Shown here piece by piece: positions 1 through 13,746 of a stretch of DNA of 64,000 nucleotides. The translations under genes were made by a program, and so were the position numbers. Under the pieces are notes generated by a model. It had not been told where the DNA came from, searched no databases, and was given only the letters and a program-made list of their open reading frames with translations. The DNA comes from Rhizophagus irregularis (lineage: Eukaryota), in assembly GCF_026210795.1 (NCBI RefSeq), contig NC_089429.1, forward strand, positions 3,038,001-3,102,000, written 5' to 3'. How positions within the stretch are numbered: the first letter of the stretch is position 1; every line of letters begins with the position of its first letter.

Positions 1-788
1 GTAACAATTTGTTCAGAATGAAATCCAGGACATGGTTTATTTGAAAATGATGGCGGTGGTGGCGGTAATGAATATTCTAAGTATTCTCTTACTTTTTTAG
101 GATTAGGTAAGACAAAAAACAAACCAGGTAAACCAAGTTGTCATTTTTGATTATTTATTTTACATCTTAAGTTTCTAGAATGTTTGTTAAGCCTTTTTAC
201 ATCATAGTCATTATCAAGAATAACCTTTTGTCCACATTTGCAAAATACTTCACATTTATTAATAATAGCTGCACAAAATTTATTATCACTTAAGCGAGTT
301 CAAGTATGCTTCCACTTCAACATTATAAAAGTAAAGTTTTAAAAGTTTTTGTAAAAAAAACACGTATTTAGTTTTAAAATATATACTTTTGATCATGAGA
401 AAGGGTGAAAAAAAATATTAAAACAGGATAAATTTGCTAAAACGAATAATATGACTATGAGAAAATCCATTTAATTCGCCAAAACATATAATATGACTAT
501 GAGAAAATTCATATAATTCGCCAAAACTAAAAATTATGACTACCCCTTAAATTTCATGAATTCACCAAAACTTAAATTTGGACATTAAATTAAATTTGAG
601 TTAATTTGCTAAAACTTAAATGTGACCTGTATATGTATTTTCTGGGGTCCTACCAGTGGTGATCGTCATTATATGTAAAATATCTTTTGAATTTCAAAAA
701 TTTTTGACTGAGATATTATTCTAATTATAATATAAAATATCATTACTATACGTAAATTTATGGGTAGAACAAGTTTGCCTTAGATTAT

Positions 789-1229
789 CACAGGTCGAAA
801 AGTGAAAAATCAGGCACCAATCAGTCACCAATCAGGTAGCTGATTGGTGACTGATTGGCATTTTCGCCAAATACAGTCACCAATCGGGCAGTTTGCTAAC
901 TTTTGATCCAGTGATCAGAAAAAGTTGAAATATAGCTCATTGGAATCGTCTCAACAGGACGAATCTAATGGTAGTAAAATCGCATTTCTAGGATTAATAC
1001 TTGATGAGAAATTAAGTAAAATATAAAAATAAAAATGTATCATTTATATTTTATTTAATTTTTTATTAACTATTAATCCTAGAGATGCGATTTTACTATC
1101 ATTAGATTCGTCTTGTTGAGACAATTCCAATGAGCTATATTTCATTTTTTTCTGATCACTGGATCAAAAGTTAGCAAACTGCCTGATTGGTACTTGATTG
1201 ATACCTGATTTTTCACTTTTCGACCTGTG
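789..1229. mobile_element. Fold-back MITE with CAC...GTG termini
   Basis: The left half (cacaggtcgaaaagtgaaaaatcagg...) is an imperfect reverse complement of the right half (...cctgatttttcacttttcgacctgtg). TAT on both sides is a possible 3-bp TSD. Confidence 0.8.
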
Positions 1230-2715
1230 TATAAAAGCTGTACTTTAGATAGTTTTTGAAAAAAATAGGAAAGTTTGATTTTATAAGCAAAATACAATTT
1301 TTTGTTTTAAAAAAGATTTTTTTTAATCAAATTTTCAAAATTTTAGTATGATTAGTATTTAACTCAGGTTTGTTTTACACTGAAGACCTCTGATTCTCTT
1401 ATAAGAGTTACTACATCGAATCAGGCTTCATGAATAAGAGTTAGTATTATGTGATAATAGTAATATAAAAAACGTGGTTAACAAAAATAAAATACAATTT
1501 CAAATCAGAATTCAATTTATTAAAATAAATTAAATAGGACCTATATTTATACAAAATATAGTAATACAAAATATCCTTATTTCAAGAACTATGATATAAT
1601 AAATGACATTATATATCCAGTTTATACTCGTATAATAGGAGTATTGTCCATCATCTATGTATAATATCTTTATATAGATCGTATCCTTGATCAGTGACCT
1701 GAAGTAATAGATTTGCATTACTGGCTAATCCTTAATTCTATTCCTTTAATTCTATAATTCCTACTCTACCTACAACTTCTGTTTTTCATTAATTTATGTT
1801 TGATTTCTGCTGGTTACAACACATTTATTATTTAAATTGAAATTTTTGAAAAAAAATTTATGATGTGTTTTTTAATTCTGGCCAAAATTATAATTTTCAG
1901 CCAGAATTAAGTGATGTGGTGACAATAAATACTGGTGATATTTAGTAATACCTTTTATTTTTTATTTAAACAAAACGTTGACTAACGTTTCAATTTTTAC
2001 TTTTTGCAGATTTATAACTTCTGGATAAAATTTCAAAGGTAAAATTCCTTCAAAATTCTTTCATGTTTTTTTTTTATTTAGTGAAACGCTTTCTAACATT
2101 TCATTTTTTTTTGTAAGTCATCATCATTCCTGAAAAGAATTTTAAAGATAAAACTTCAAAATTCTTTATTTTTTTTTGTTATTTTTAATTTGCGAAATGT
2201 TTACTAACATTTTGATTAATTTTTTTTTGTAGAATTTTTGTTCTCTAACTCCTGGACGAAAGAATTTTGAAAGTAAACTTTGAAAAAAAGTAATTTTATT
2301 TTTATTTTTATTTAACGAATGTTAACTAACGTTCATTTCTTTTTATTGTAGATCCAGAAAATTACCAGAATTCTGAAAAAAATTTTAAAATTTTGTGCAA
2401 ATTTTATTAAAAATTTTTTTCTAATATGCGTTGAGCCATTGACAGGATAGTAGATCTGCACAAAAATTTAGGCTGAAGATTTTCTCAGAATTTTACCTTA
2501 AAAAATTTACTGATGTTAGAATATCATTCATCTTATATTTTTTATTTGAAGTGAATGCTAAAAAAAGGACTAAATTGACAAAAAATTTTTTTTAAAATAA
2601 CAAATATTCTGGATCAAATAATTAGATCTATATTACCAAATTTAGTGCACTTGAATTTTAAATTAAAAATCTACACCTTATTTACAACAAATTTTCCAGC
2701 ATTATACCTTACTAC

Positions 2716-3531
2716 TAGAGTTTCGCACAGGTCAGATCAGGTTGGGTTACCTGGTTAACCCAAACTAAAATTTTTTTTCAGATCAGGTCAGGTCGGGTAA
2801 ACCGTTCTGATCCGACCTAACCTATTTGACCTGAAAGTATTCGGGTCACTTCAGGTAACTTGGGTTACCTGAAGTTTTATTATTAAATATTGTAAAAAAA
2901 CGTTTTGTAATGTTTTTTACTATTTGTTTTTATATATAAAATGTCAAAACTATTTATTTCAGCATTTTTCCTTTTGATTTTACATGTAAAAATGCCAAAA
3001 CTGATAGTTTCAGCATTTTTTTCGATTTTACATGTAAAAGCACCAGAATAATTAGTTCTGGCATTTTCTTTTTAATTTTACATGTAAAAATGCTGAAACT
3101 GATAGTTTCAACATTTTTTTCAATTTTACATGTAAAAGCGTCGGAATAATTAGTTCTGGCATTTTTCTTTTTGATTTTACATGTAAAAATGCCAAAACTA
3201 ATAGTTTTGACATTTTTTTCAATTTTACATGTAAAAGTGCCAGAATAATTGGTTCCAGCATTTTTCTTTTAGATTTTACATGTAAAAATGCCAAAACTGA
3301 TAGTTTCAGCATTTTTTTTTTTGATTTTACATGTAAAAACACCGGAATCATTATTAGTTTCGGCGTTTTTAATTTATTTGACCCAAATATATGTCAGGTC
3401 AACAGGACAGATCAGGTACCGACTAGTACTGACCTGACCCATGTCAGGTCATGAATTTGATGACCTGACCTGAATATTTCAGGTCAACCCGTCAGGTCAC
3501 CTGATCTGTCAGATCAGTTTGCAGAGCTCTA
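2716..3531. mobile_element. Non-autonomous hAT-like element with subterminal caggtca/tgacctg motifs
   Basis: Termini are tagagtttcgca / tgcagagctcta. Both ends carry clusters of caggtca/tgacctg. cttactac occurs on both flanks, offset by 4 bp on the right. Confidence 0.55.
2940..3370. repeat. Tandem array of ~50-55-bp units containing ttttacatgtaaaa
   Basis: About 8 copies of the palindromic core ttttacatgtaaaa, each followed by gcc(a)aaactgatagtttcagcatttt-like sequence. This array explains the repetitive ORF at 3052-3351. Confidence 0.9.
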
Positions 3532-3682
3532 GCTACTTACTACATTTTCACTTTTTATATTTATCTAAGGGCCAAAATTATTTTTTTCATATTTCTCTTA
3601 AATAAAATTGTTGATGTTATAACGGTAAATCCTAATCAGAGACCCAGGAAAATTCCATTTTTATAAATCAGAATTTTTGCTG

Positions 3683-3883
3683 TACGGAGTGACACCCTCA
3701 TAAGTGCACATATAAGTGCACGCGCTATATAAATTCTCTTTAAGTCGCAAATGGCACATCTCCCCAACTTATAAGAGCTCTTAATATTTTACTCTCTATA
3801 AATGCACACCCTCTCTAAGTGCACATTCTACTATTTTTTTACTATGGTCCTAAGGGGGGTGCACTTAGAGAGGTGTCACTGTA
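3683..3883. mobile_element. Small Tc1/mariner-like MITE
   Basis: agtgacaccctcataagtgcac is inverted against gtgcacttagagaggtgtcactg, followed by TA. Confidence 0.5.
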
Positions 3884-4150
3884 TTATGAAATAAAATGGA
3901 ATTTTTATGATTTTTAACAATTTTATTTTAATATGTAACAACTAGCCAATCATTATTGCATATTTTATTGACTATATCATGATAGAAGTCTCATTAAAAA
4001 ATGTGATTTTGCAATTTTGCAATATCTATACAGTTTTTGGTTAAAATTATTATCGTATCACTAGTGCAATCTAAATTGGCCAACATTAAGATGTAAGCCG
4101 GCTAGAATTATCAAATGTTTCTTACTATAATTAAAGGTCATCTAAAGCGG

Positions 4151-4889
4151 GAGCATCCTTATCCTGGGCCACGGTCCAAATGCTTATCCTGGACCAGCAA
4201 ATCTAATTGGATGAGATTGTTTTGTGTAACATTTGTCTTGGAAAAAAAACAATTCACGTTTTTTAAAAAAAAAGTTACGAAATGCCTTTTTTTAAAGCAT
4301 TTAATACTACCGTTTTAAAGTAATATGTTATTTAAATTTTGTATTTTGGTATGCATTTTATTAAACTTTATTAATAAATAAGTAAAATTGCATATATAAC
4401 TTTATAAAAAAGGTCTTTACATTATTTTTTACTGTAATTTTATTATTAAAATTATTTTAACGTTAATATCAAAACAAAAGTACAAAGTAATAGTATTATA
4501 TTAGCTTTAAAAGTTTTGTTATAAATGTGTAATTTACAACCTTTTTTGAACAACTTTGCTTAACCCCAAAACTTAAAAAAAAAACACTTGATTTCCAGAA
4601 TAATATCAATATATCATAAAACTCTTCAAAAGAAAATAAAAAACATTTAGTATTATCATAAAACTACAATAAATACAATTAAAATTAAAATATACAAACT
4701 GAAATGAAATATGAAATACTAAGTACTAACATACCACAAAAAAGAATAGAGAAAGAGTGAAAGATAGGAAGAGTAAGAGATAAAATAAATTATGCCGGAG
4801 TTATGTAATAAAAGGGCTGATTAGCCAATCAAAAGTTGACTGGTCCAGAATAAGCATCTGGACCGGTGAATCAGGTTAAGGATGGCCCT
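4151..4889. mobile_element. Nested MITE
   Basis: gagcatccttatcctgggccacggtccaaatgcttatcctggaccag is inverted against ctggtccagaataagcatctggaccggtgaatcaggttaaggatggcc. The flanks taaagcgg / taaagtgg resemble a TSD. Confidence 0.6.
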
Positions 4890-5096
4890 AAAGTGGGGGC
4901 GAATCACGTGACTTCAAAAAAAATTGTTTTCATAAAATAAAACTTTTTACTATATATTTAACCATTCTAAATATACATCCTAAATGCATTTTTGCCTGCT
5001 CTGCAAGTTTACTTTGAGCGCAGAGTAGGGTTTTGAATGCTATTTTTGATTTATTTGACTTTTTCAATTTCGTTATCCATTTTTGGATATGATCGG

Positions 5097-5340
5097 TAAG
5101 GTTGCTTGCCGAAACTTAGGGGTTTAGGCAAGATGGCATTTCGCCGAAAAGCGAAATTCTGCCAAAACTATATTAAAGTTATATTAAAAAACTGGCGAAA
5201 TTTTGGAGAAAGGCGAAACTGCCGAAACTTATTATAAATGCCAAAACTGCCGAAACTCTGCCGAAATTATAATAAATCTATAGTAAAATTTTGACAAAAC
5301 TAATCGTAGGATTTTGAAGAGGTTTAGACAAGCAACCTTA
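5097..5340. mobile_element. Nested hAT-type MITE with an 8-bp TSD
   Basis: TIRs are taaggttgcttg / caagcaacctta. A perfect ATGATCGG lies at 5089-5096 and 5341-5348. gccgaaa is repeated internally. Confidence 0.85.
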
Positions 5341-5724
5341 ATGATCGGCAAAGTTATATGTAAAGTCAAAAACAATATTCAAAATCCACTTTTTTTTCTT
5401 AAGTAAACTTGCAAAGCAGATAAAAATACACTTATATTATGATTTTAAAGTTTCTATTAATCTTTCTTTATAAAAAATTATTCTAATTAAAATTACACCG
5501 AATCACGTGATTTTCCCCGCTTTAGACGACCTCTATAATTGGTAATTTTTTATCGAAATAAAATCGGAATTTTTTCCGTTATCGTGATAAAAATTTGCGA
5601 TTTAATATCGGAATAAATCCGGGTCTCTGATCCTGATGGTAGTAATAATCACATGATTAAAAATTTTTTTTTATCAAGATGAAAGCGATCTTTCAATAAA
5701 CAAAAAAAAAAATTTTTTTAAATA

Positions 5725-8700
5725 ATGATAACATTTATAAGAAATACTAAGTCAAAATGTATTCCGCGACCGAATATTCATATTAATTTAAGAGTTTATT
5801 ATTTGATATCGTTAAAAAGGAATAAAAGTAATAAAAGGTTTGAAACCTTTAGATTACATTTCGGAAATGACCTCACCAAGACTATTAGTGAACTTTCACC
5901 AGCCCAGACTTGGCCCTTCGCAATACATAATTATTCAACGACAGCAGAACATGCTATGTCCACTGTTTCTTCTGAAATAAGCTATCATTCCCCAGAACCG
6001 TTAAGCATAAATAACCCATTAGTAATCCTTCCTCAACCTCGTTATACACCCAGAGAAACGGGAAAAATACTCTTTACAGAACATCTCGCTGTTTTACGAG
6101 CGTGCTTAAAAATAGGAGAAGTAGAACGTGCAAGGCATATTTTAACCAATTTATATAAAAATTCAAGTGATACGAAAAAACATTTAGACATAAAGCTACA
6201 TAATGAGTTTATTGAATCTTATTTAGAAACAAAACCTGTGCCTAGGATCAATGAAGCCTTACAATGGTTTGATAAATTGAATTATTATGGGCTAACTCCT
6301 GATTTAGCGACTTTTGCTATTTTAATAAGAGGTTATTTGAGGTGCGAAATTCCTTTAGTATATTCGTTAATATAGTTTTATTTTGGTTAAGCAAAAAGAT
6401 TAACATTATTTAAATGAAAAATTTTTAAGATTGGATTTAGATTTTCTCGGATCTTCGATGTTAAATATTCTAGTAAAAGAAATTGAAGAATGTGGTTATT
6501 CGTTTGAACAATTAATTGAAAGTAATTTATTATCTGACAAAGAAACAGAAAAAGTATTATATGTAAGTTATATCTAAATGGAAAAGCTACTATATTATTG
6601 GTTTATTCAATGAAACTTTAAGATTTGATGTCAAATATTTATTATAGTTATTACGAGCAGATACAGATTCCAACAAAACATCAAAAAAGCTTATGGAAAA
6701 AATTGAGAATGTTATTGAAAAACAAACACCCGTTATGATAAATGAGTTGAACGTGGATGAGCCAATTTCTACAAAGGTATAATTTAGTTGATATACTTAC
6801 GTTTAAAAAATATAATAAAATATCTTTATTCAAATCTTTCTAGTCGTTTGGAGTAAGGTTGATGAAAAGTGCTCTTTCGGCTATCAAGGAAAGAGATCTA
6901 GGTTCAGTTAAACGTCAAATCAAATTAGAAGAGAATGCATTACTAGCTGCTACGGAGCGTTGGAAGCATGGAAATGAACGAAAAGATAAATTTGTTAATT
7001 TGCAAAAGAATGTTTTGAAAAAATCAATGTGGTCGTGGCACGAAAAGTTAGTTCCTCTAATTCAAGAGGAATTGAAGAGATGTAAAAACAAAGATACCTT
7101 ATTAACTGGTAAGTGCTTGAAATGTTTTTCTTAAAAATTGATCTTAAATTTTGAGTAAACTATGTTTATATTTACACTTATATTCAAAAGATAGAGAACG
7201 CGCAAGTTACGGACCATTTTTGCAATTATTAAGCGCTGAAAAACTTTCGGCTATTACAATATTAGAATTATTGCGTCAAAATGGCGGAGGAGGAATTGGT
7301 GAAGGAGTGAAAACTACACGTGCTGTGCTTTCGATTGGAAAATCGGTTGAGAATGAGTATAATTCAGAACAATTGAAGAAGAGACGAAATCGTTTTGCGG
7401 TACAATATATGTTTATTTTTTGGTACTATATAAATGTGCGATATTCAAGAAGCTTCTTATTCCAATTTACCTATATTATAGTTCAACAAAGATTTAAGCG
7501 TTCATGAACTGTTTGCTTCTGGAAAACTTTTCAATATGACGATTCGGCGAGCAGCAGCCAAATTTGAGTCAAAAGATATGCAAACAAGTTGGAACCCCGA
7601 ATGGCCAATAGCCGTCAGAGCTAAGGTAGTATTTATTTAATTTTCAGTAATTTTACAAAATATATTTAATGTTTACTCTTTATTTCAATTTTAAAGGTTG
7701 GTTCTATCTTAGCTTCCATGTTACTAGAATGTGCAACTATACCAACTACTACTATTAATGAAGAGAAAAACGAGAAAATGTAAATATAATAATAATAATT
7801 TACTATTTTATTTATTCAAATGGTTAAGTTTTAATACGAATTTAGTTCTATGGAAGCACCCGCCTTTTATCATTCGTATATTCAACATAAAGGGAAAAGG
7901 ACGGGAATTATTAAGTTTAATCCACAATTAATTCAATATTTGTCAAAGGAACCTGTCAGAGATAGTATACATCCACAAATGTTACCAATGTTGGTTCACC
8001 CAAGACCTTGGTTAACTTATAATAGCGGTGGATATCTTACATCTCCAAGTATGAATTATTATTATTTATTATTTCTCGTAAGATATTTTTATATCTTTAA
8101 ATTATCGGTTTTAATACTTAAATTTATTTCTATGTAAGCATATGCTATGAGATCAAGAGATTGTCCCGAACAATTGGCTTATCTGCAAAAAGCATCTGAA
8201 GAAGGACATTTGGACCGTGTTTTCGCAGGATTGGATGTTCTAGGATCCACTTGTTGGACAATTAATAAGAAAATATACAAAGTAGTGCTAGAAGCTTGGA
8301 ATAAAGGAGAGGCTTTAGGCAATATACCACCAGCTGAAATAGACTTAAAAATGCCCGATAAACCTGAGAATTTTGAAACTGAAATGTCTGTAAAAGTTAA
8401 GTGGTTTAAAGATTGTAAAGATATTGCTCGTAAAATTTGTAATAATCATTCTGAAAGGTGTACAGCAAATTATAAAGTCGATATTGCTGGTGCTGTAAGT
8501 AACTATAAATATTTTGAATTTATAAATAAACGAAACTTATAATTTTATTTCTTTTATAGTTTTTAAACGAAAATATGTACTTTCCTCACAGTCTTGATTT
8601 CCGAGGTCGTGCATACCCTATACCACCTCTGTTTAATCACTTAGGAAATGATTTGTGTCGAGGTCTATTACTGTTTAAAGACTCCAAACCATTGCGTAAA

Positions 8701-10527
8701 AATGGGTTGACTTGGCTTAAGATTCAAATTGCCAATCTAGCTGGGAATGATAAAGTTTCCTTTGAAGATCGTATAAAATTTACTGAAGACCACTTGGAAG
8801 ATATAAAAGATTCCGCTAAAAACCCTCTCGATGGCAGAGGCTGGTGGATAAAAGCCGAAGATCCTTGGCAATGTTTGGCTGCGTGTTTTGAACTACAAGA
8901 TGCATTAGAGTCTCCAGATCCCGAAAAATACCTCTCACAAATTCCAATACATCAAGATGGCACATGTAATGGATTACAACATTATGCGGCACTTGGTGGT
9001 GATTTGGAAGGAGCAAAACAGGTCGATTTATATCCTTCAGATAAACCATCTGATATATATACTAGCGTAGCTGCGAGAGTAAATGAAATGATAGCAAAAG
9101 ACTTAGCTGCATATTCTGAGCCGTTAGAATCTCTGGAAGATAAAAAACAGAACAATTTATATCCTTTTAATATATATAGTGATATGGATGCGAAAATAAA
9201 TGTAAAAGATTTAGCATTAATTTTGCATGGCAAGATTTCTCGTAAAATTGTCAAACAACCTGTGATGACAAGTGTTTATGGTGTAACTTTTATTGGAGCT
9301 AGGTTACAAATAGAATCACGTCTCAAAGAGAGACAAGATATTCCTCAGGAGAAAATTAGAGATTTATCATTGTATATTACTAGACTTGTATTTGAATGTC
9401 TTGGAGAAATGTTTTATGGTGCTAGGGCTATCCAGGACTGGCTTGTCGAATGTGCTAAGAGAATTTCAAAGAGTGTACCGGCAGAAGTTGTGTTAGATCA
9501 AAATTCTTCCGAATATAGAGATGATGAAAATTTCATTAATCATAATCTAGAAAGTTTACAATACAATGAAAACGGTAATAAAAAGAATACTATAAATGAC
9601 AGTGAAAAAGAGTTATGTGAGAGTAAAAGGAACAACCACGACAATTTGATTAACAAAAAAAGACCTATAGCTAAAATTCCACCTAGTAAGCCAGGTCAAA
9701 ATCAAATGACAACTGTCGTTTGGACTACTCCATTAGACTTGCCAATTGTGCAACCTTATCGTAAATTAAGCAAGAGAGCTGTCAAAACTAATCTTCAAAC
9801 AATTAATATTTCAGATCCGAATCATCCTAGTCCAGTGGACTCTACTAAACAACGACAAGCATTTCCACCCAATTTTATTCATTCTCTCGATGCAACTCAC
9901 ATGTTAATGACTGCACTAGCTTGTAACGAAAAAAATTTAACTTTTGCTTCTGTGCATGATAGTTTTTGGACTCATGCTTGTGATGTGGATGTTATGAATA
10001 AAATAATACGTGATCAATTCATCCAACTTCATGAACAGCCTATCATGGAAAATCTACGAAATGAATTTATTGAGCGTTATAAAGGATATATAATTCCCGT
10101 TAAAATATTAAGAGAGGATCTTGAAAAATTAAAATTGCAAAAGATGGAAGAGACAGAAAAGAATTCGATAACAATAACAGATAATGGATACGAACCAACC
10201 CTTAGCTTAGATGATTTATATAAGATAATACCAAATTCTCAAAAGAACAAGGATTCAAAACTCAGAGAATTTACAAACACTTTAAGTGCTAATAATGCAA
10301 TTGATTTGGACAATGAAGTAGCAAAGTCATTGACTGACATAACAAACATTAATAATATATCAGATGATTTATTCGATGAGGATCATGATATAGATGAGGA
10401 AGCAGAAACAAATAAGAAAAAGAAAAAATATATTCACATTTGGGTGGATTTAACTTTTCCAAAATTGCCAGAAAAAGGTGAATTTAAATTATCCTCAATT
10501 ATGGAAAGTCAATATTTCTTTGATTAA
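5725..10527 (+). CDS. RPO41: Mitochondrial single-subunit (T7-like) RNA polymerase; nuclear multi-exon gene
   Basis: Motifs DFRGRAY, HQDGTCNGLQHY, RKIVKQPVMTSVYG, FPPNFIHSLDATH and SVHDSFW; N-terminal PPR-like region. ORF pieces at 5725-8542 are separated by short GT...AG introns. Exon boundaries are approximate. Confidence 0.95.
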
Positions 10528-12693
10528 GCTTTTTTTAATCTCAAGTTTAAATATTGATATTTAATAAATTATTTAAAATTTGGCAAATAGTCATATCATA
10601 AATTTTCTATTGTCACATTATATATATATGTATTTAAATGTTAATTAAAAATGAATAATTATACATGTAATTTAATTTTTTTTACATTAATATTTAATCT
10701 TCTATAACTTGCATGATTTGAAGTTATTTGGTTATTTTAAAATCTTATAACCCTATAATCTAAAATTATTATTTTACAAAGTCAAATAATAAATTATCAT
10801 ATAAATAATTCATAGTCCTATTATATTTATTTATTTAAAATAAAATAAAATCTGAAATAAAATATAAAATTTGATTTATATTTAATTTAAATTATAATAA
10901 CCTAGAATGATTTAACCTACTAGTAAATTTTATATAATTAAATAATTTTGCCCCAATTTTCAAAAAAAAAAAAATGTAAATTATAATTACAATTAAATTG
11001 AGAGACATTGTTAAAAATGTATGTAAGAAAAGTTAATTATAGTATTCTATAATATTCAAATAAATAAATCTATATAAAGTGAAATGAATAATTTTTTTTT
11101 TTAAGAAAAAAAATGATTAATATAAAATATAAATTTTTGAGGGATGATTAAATTCAGATTATTTAATCCAGAAAGCAAATTAGCAAAATTCTAATTTAAG
11201 TATTAAAAAAAAATAAACTTAATGATGAAAATAATGTTGCTTACTAAAAAAAGATTAGTTAAGTTGAACTGACATCTTAGTTTCAAATTCAAATACCACC
11301 AATATTGGATTATTAAAAAATAAGCCAACATTAATATCTATTTATTAAACACAAATTAATATTACTCTGCAATAGAGGTATGCTCCAGTAGAATTTGTTC
11401 AATCTGTCATCCATTTTTTGACTGAATCAGATGATTTAGATTAAGAATAAATGGATTTCAGAAAATTTGGATGGATCTGTTAAATAATACCAGATTGATC
11501 AGATATTACACAGATAATTGGATTGATCAGATTAATCAGATAATCTGGTCAAATCCAATATTTTTTTTTATTGGACTTGCTTTTTTTTAAAAAAAAAATA
11601 CTTTTATTTTTAGAATATTTTTGGTCAATCTTCTCTTTCAGAATTTGGCTTAAATGACTTAGGATATTCTCTTTACTTTGTTTTTTTAGGAAACATCTTT
11701 TTGGAACTGAATTTCAGCTTAAAGATAAATTAGAGAAGAGGATTTTGTTTCTTTTTTGTTTTTTTATTTATTTATTTATTTTTCTACTATTTTTCTTTAT
11801 TCTTTTTGAAGGATAAGACTGCGCACATGCCAATGGCCTCATAAAAAACGTTAGAAGGACACCATAACCTTTAGTTGAAATGTGTGGCCTAATCGTACAC
11901 ACTAATTTACCATGATGCATAGATTTCAGCTTTTCAGATTTTTGGGATATTGGAGAATCCCAGATATCACATATATAATTCATAACTGACCTGCATGAAT
12001 TTAAGCATTTTTGCTCCCTCTAAAATAGATCTAATTTGCTAAAAATCAAATTATCACATTTTAAATATATACTAATTTGCTAAAACTCAAAATATAAGTT
12101 ATAGTTAAATTCTAAATAATATATGATTTGTAGATTGGTAAATTTAATTTTTAATTTACTGAAATTAATAATCTTTTTTTTTATTATCAATAAAAAAATT
12201 AATAATTAATATAAATTAAACTGCCAATTTTTATAATTTACAATTAAAAATATGTAGATTATAGATAAAATAATAATTAATAAAAATAATAAATTAAAAT
12301 TAAATATAAATAATTATTAAAAAATAAAATGTTGTAAAACTTAATTTTGGCTGGAATTTTGCCAAAATATAACTCAGACCCTAAAACTAATATTTTTAAA
12401 ATTATTATTAAATATTATCTATAAAAGTTATAATTAAGGATAAATTAAATTAATTTTTAAAGTTAAAATATAAATAAAAGATAAAGTTATATGACTGTTT
12501 GCTCAAAAATAAGTTAAATTTTAAAAGAAATACCAATTTGCTTAAATATAAAATATGACTTTGTAAAATCAACACAATTTGCTAAAACTCATAATTATGA
12601 CTATTAATTAATTTTCAATTAATTTGCTTTATCTAAAAGGGAATTACTAAACTTAACCGGGAGGAAATTTCCTCCCCCTCCCCTGTAATGTAT

Positions 12694-12747
12694 TAAGCCG
12701 TTTATGACTAAATAATATAATTATATTATTTAGTCATAAACGGCTTA
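12694..12747. repeat. Perfect 54-bp palindrome
   Basis: taagccgtttatgactaaataatataa|ttatattatttagtcataaacggctta, centred between 12720 and 12721. Confidence 0.95.
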
Positions 12748-12764
12748 GACTAGGTTATTTAGTA

Positions 12765-12918
12765 ATAAAATAATCTAACTATAACTAAATAATCTAAGTA
12801 TGACTATAAATAATCTAAATATAACTAAATAATCTAAATATAACTAAATAAATTAAATATATCTAAATAATCTAAAGTTAACAACCTAAATATGATTAAA
12901 TAATCCAACTAAATAACC
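12765..12918. repeat. AT-rich tandem repeats of taaataatctaaatataac-like units
   Basis: Several degenerate ~19-21-bp copies directly after the palindrome. Confidence 0.8.
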
Positions 12919-13746
12919 TGTTTATCAATTAATTGTGTACCTAGTTATTTTTTCTTACTATATTCCTTCCCTTTGAATTCGCTTTTCTTTAGCCTTTTTC
13001 CGTTAATTATTTGTGATCATGTGATTAAATAATCTAAATACGACTATGCCTAAATAATCTAAATATACCTTTTTTTATTATGAGCTGTGTGTTAATAAAT
13101 GCTTTCTCGTATAATTTATTCTGGTGAGGCTTCACGGTTGATCGGTTACTAAGTAGGTGGTGATTTGTTTTCCATTTTAAAGCCTTTTGATTACCGGCTG
13201 GGTATGTAGTGCCATGCTATATCCTTGGTTGCCAGTACTGGGCCAGCCGGTTTGGATGCTAGTTCTATATTAAGAATTTGCGTCTATTTGGTTGCCTTTC
13301 CAGATCCCAAAATATGGTAAAAAAAAATATCACGTCGGATGGCGCAGTAGATCTGTGATTAATTTCGGCCGGCACTTCCGAGGTCCGATCATGGTTTAAT
13401 CTAGGTCGAGGCAATGTGTATGCTATTTTTTTGAGCGTCCCTAGTGTCCCAGTGTCCCTAGTGTCCCTAGTAAAAGTAAAGTTGTGGCCGAATTTATGGA
13501 ATATTACGTTATCAAAATTAAACAAAAATCTATTGTGCCAAAAATAATAATAAAATTTGTCTAACTTCAATATCAATTTTGGATATTCTATTGGGCGTGC
13601 AATTTGTATTAGCTTGGCCGGCCCATTTGTTTGCTAAGAAGTACACCATAACTATTGCGCCAGTATATGTATGCCGATTTCGTGTCTGTGGTTGGAGGTG
13701 CATTATGTATTATCGTCAGCGGCCAGAGAAGCGCATTCATATTGTA

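Larger units (their letters stand above)
4136..5531. mobile_element. MITE hosting two nested MITEs
   Basis: Termini are aggtcatctaaagcggg / cccgctttagacgacct. aatcacgtga and aagtttact/agtaaactt form subterminal inverted pairs. Confidence 0.55.

Noticed and set aside
2940..3370. CRISPR array, or a real 99-aa protein at 3052-3351
   Set aside because: Whole units repeat with no unique spacers, there are no cas genes, and the context is eukaryotic. The ORF is a translation of the repeat.
5725..10527. T7-like RNA polymerase as part of the viral element
   Set aside because: It has multiple spliceosomal introns and a PPR-like N-terminus, and lies ~3 kb outside the inverted repeat in AT-rich host DNA. 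It is the ordinary nuclear mtRNAP gene.
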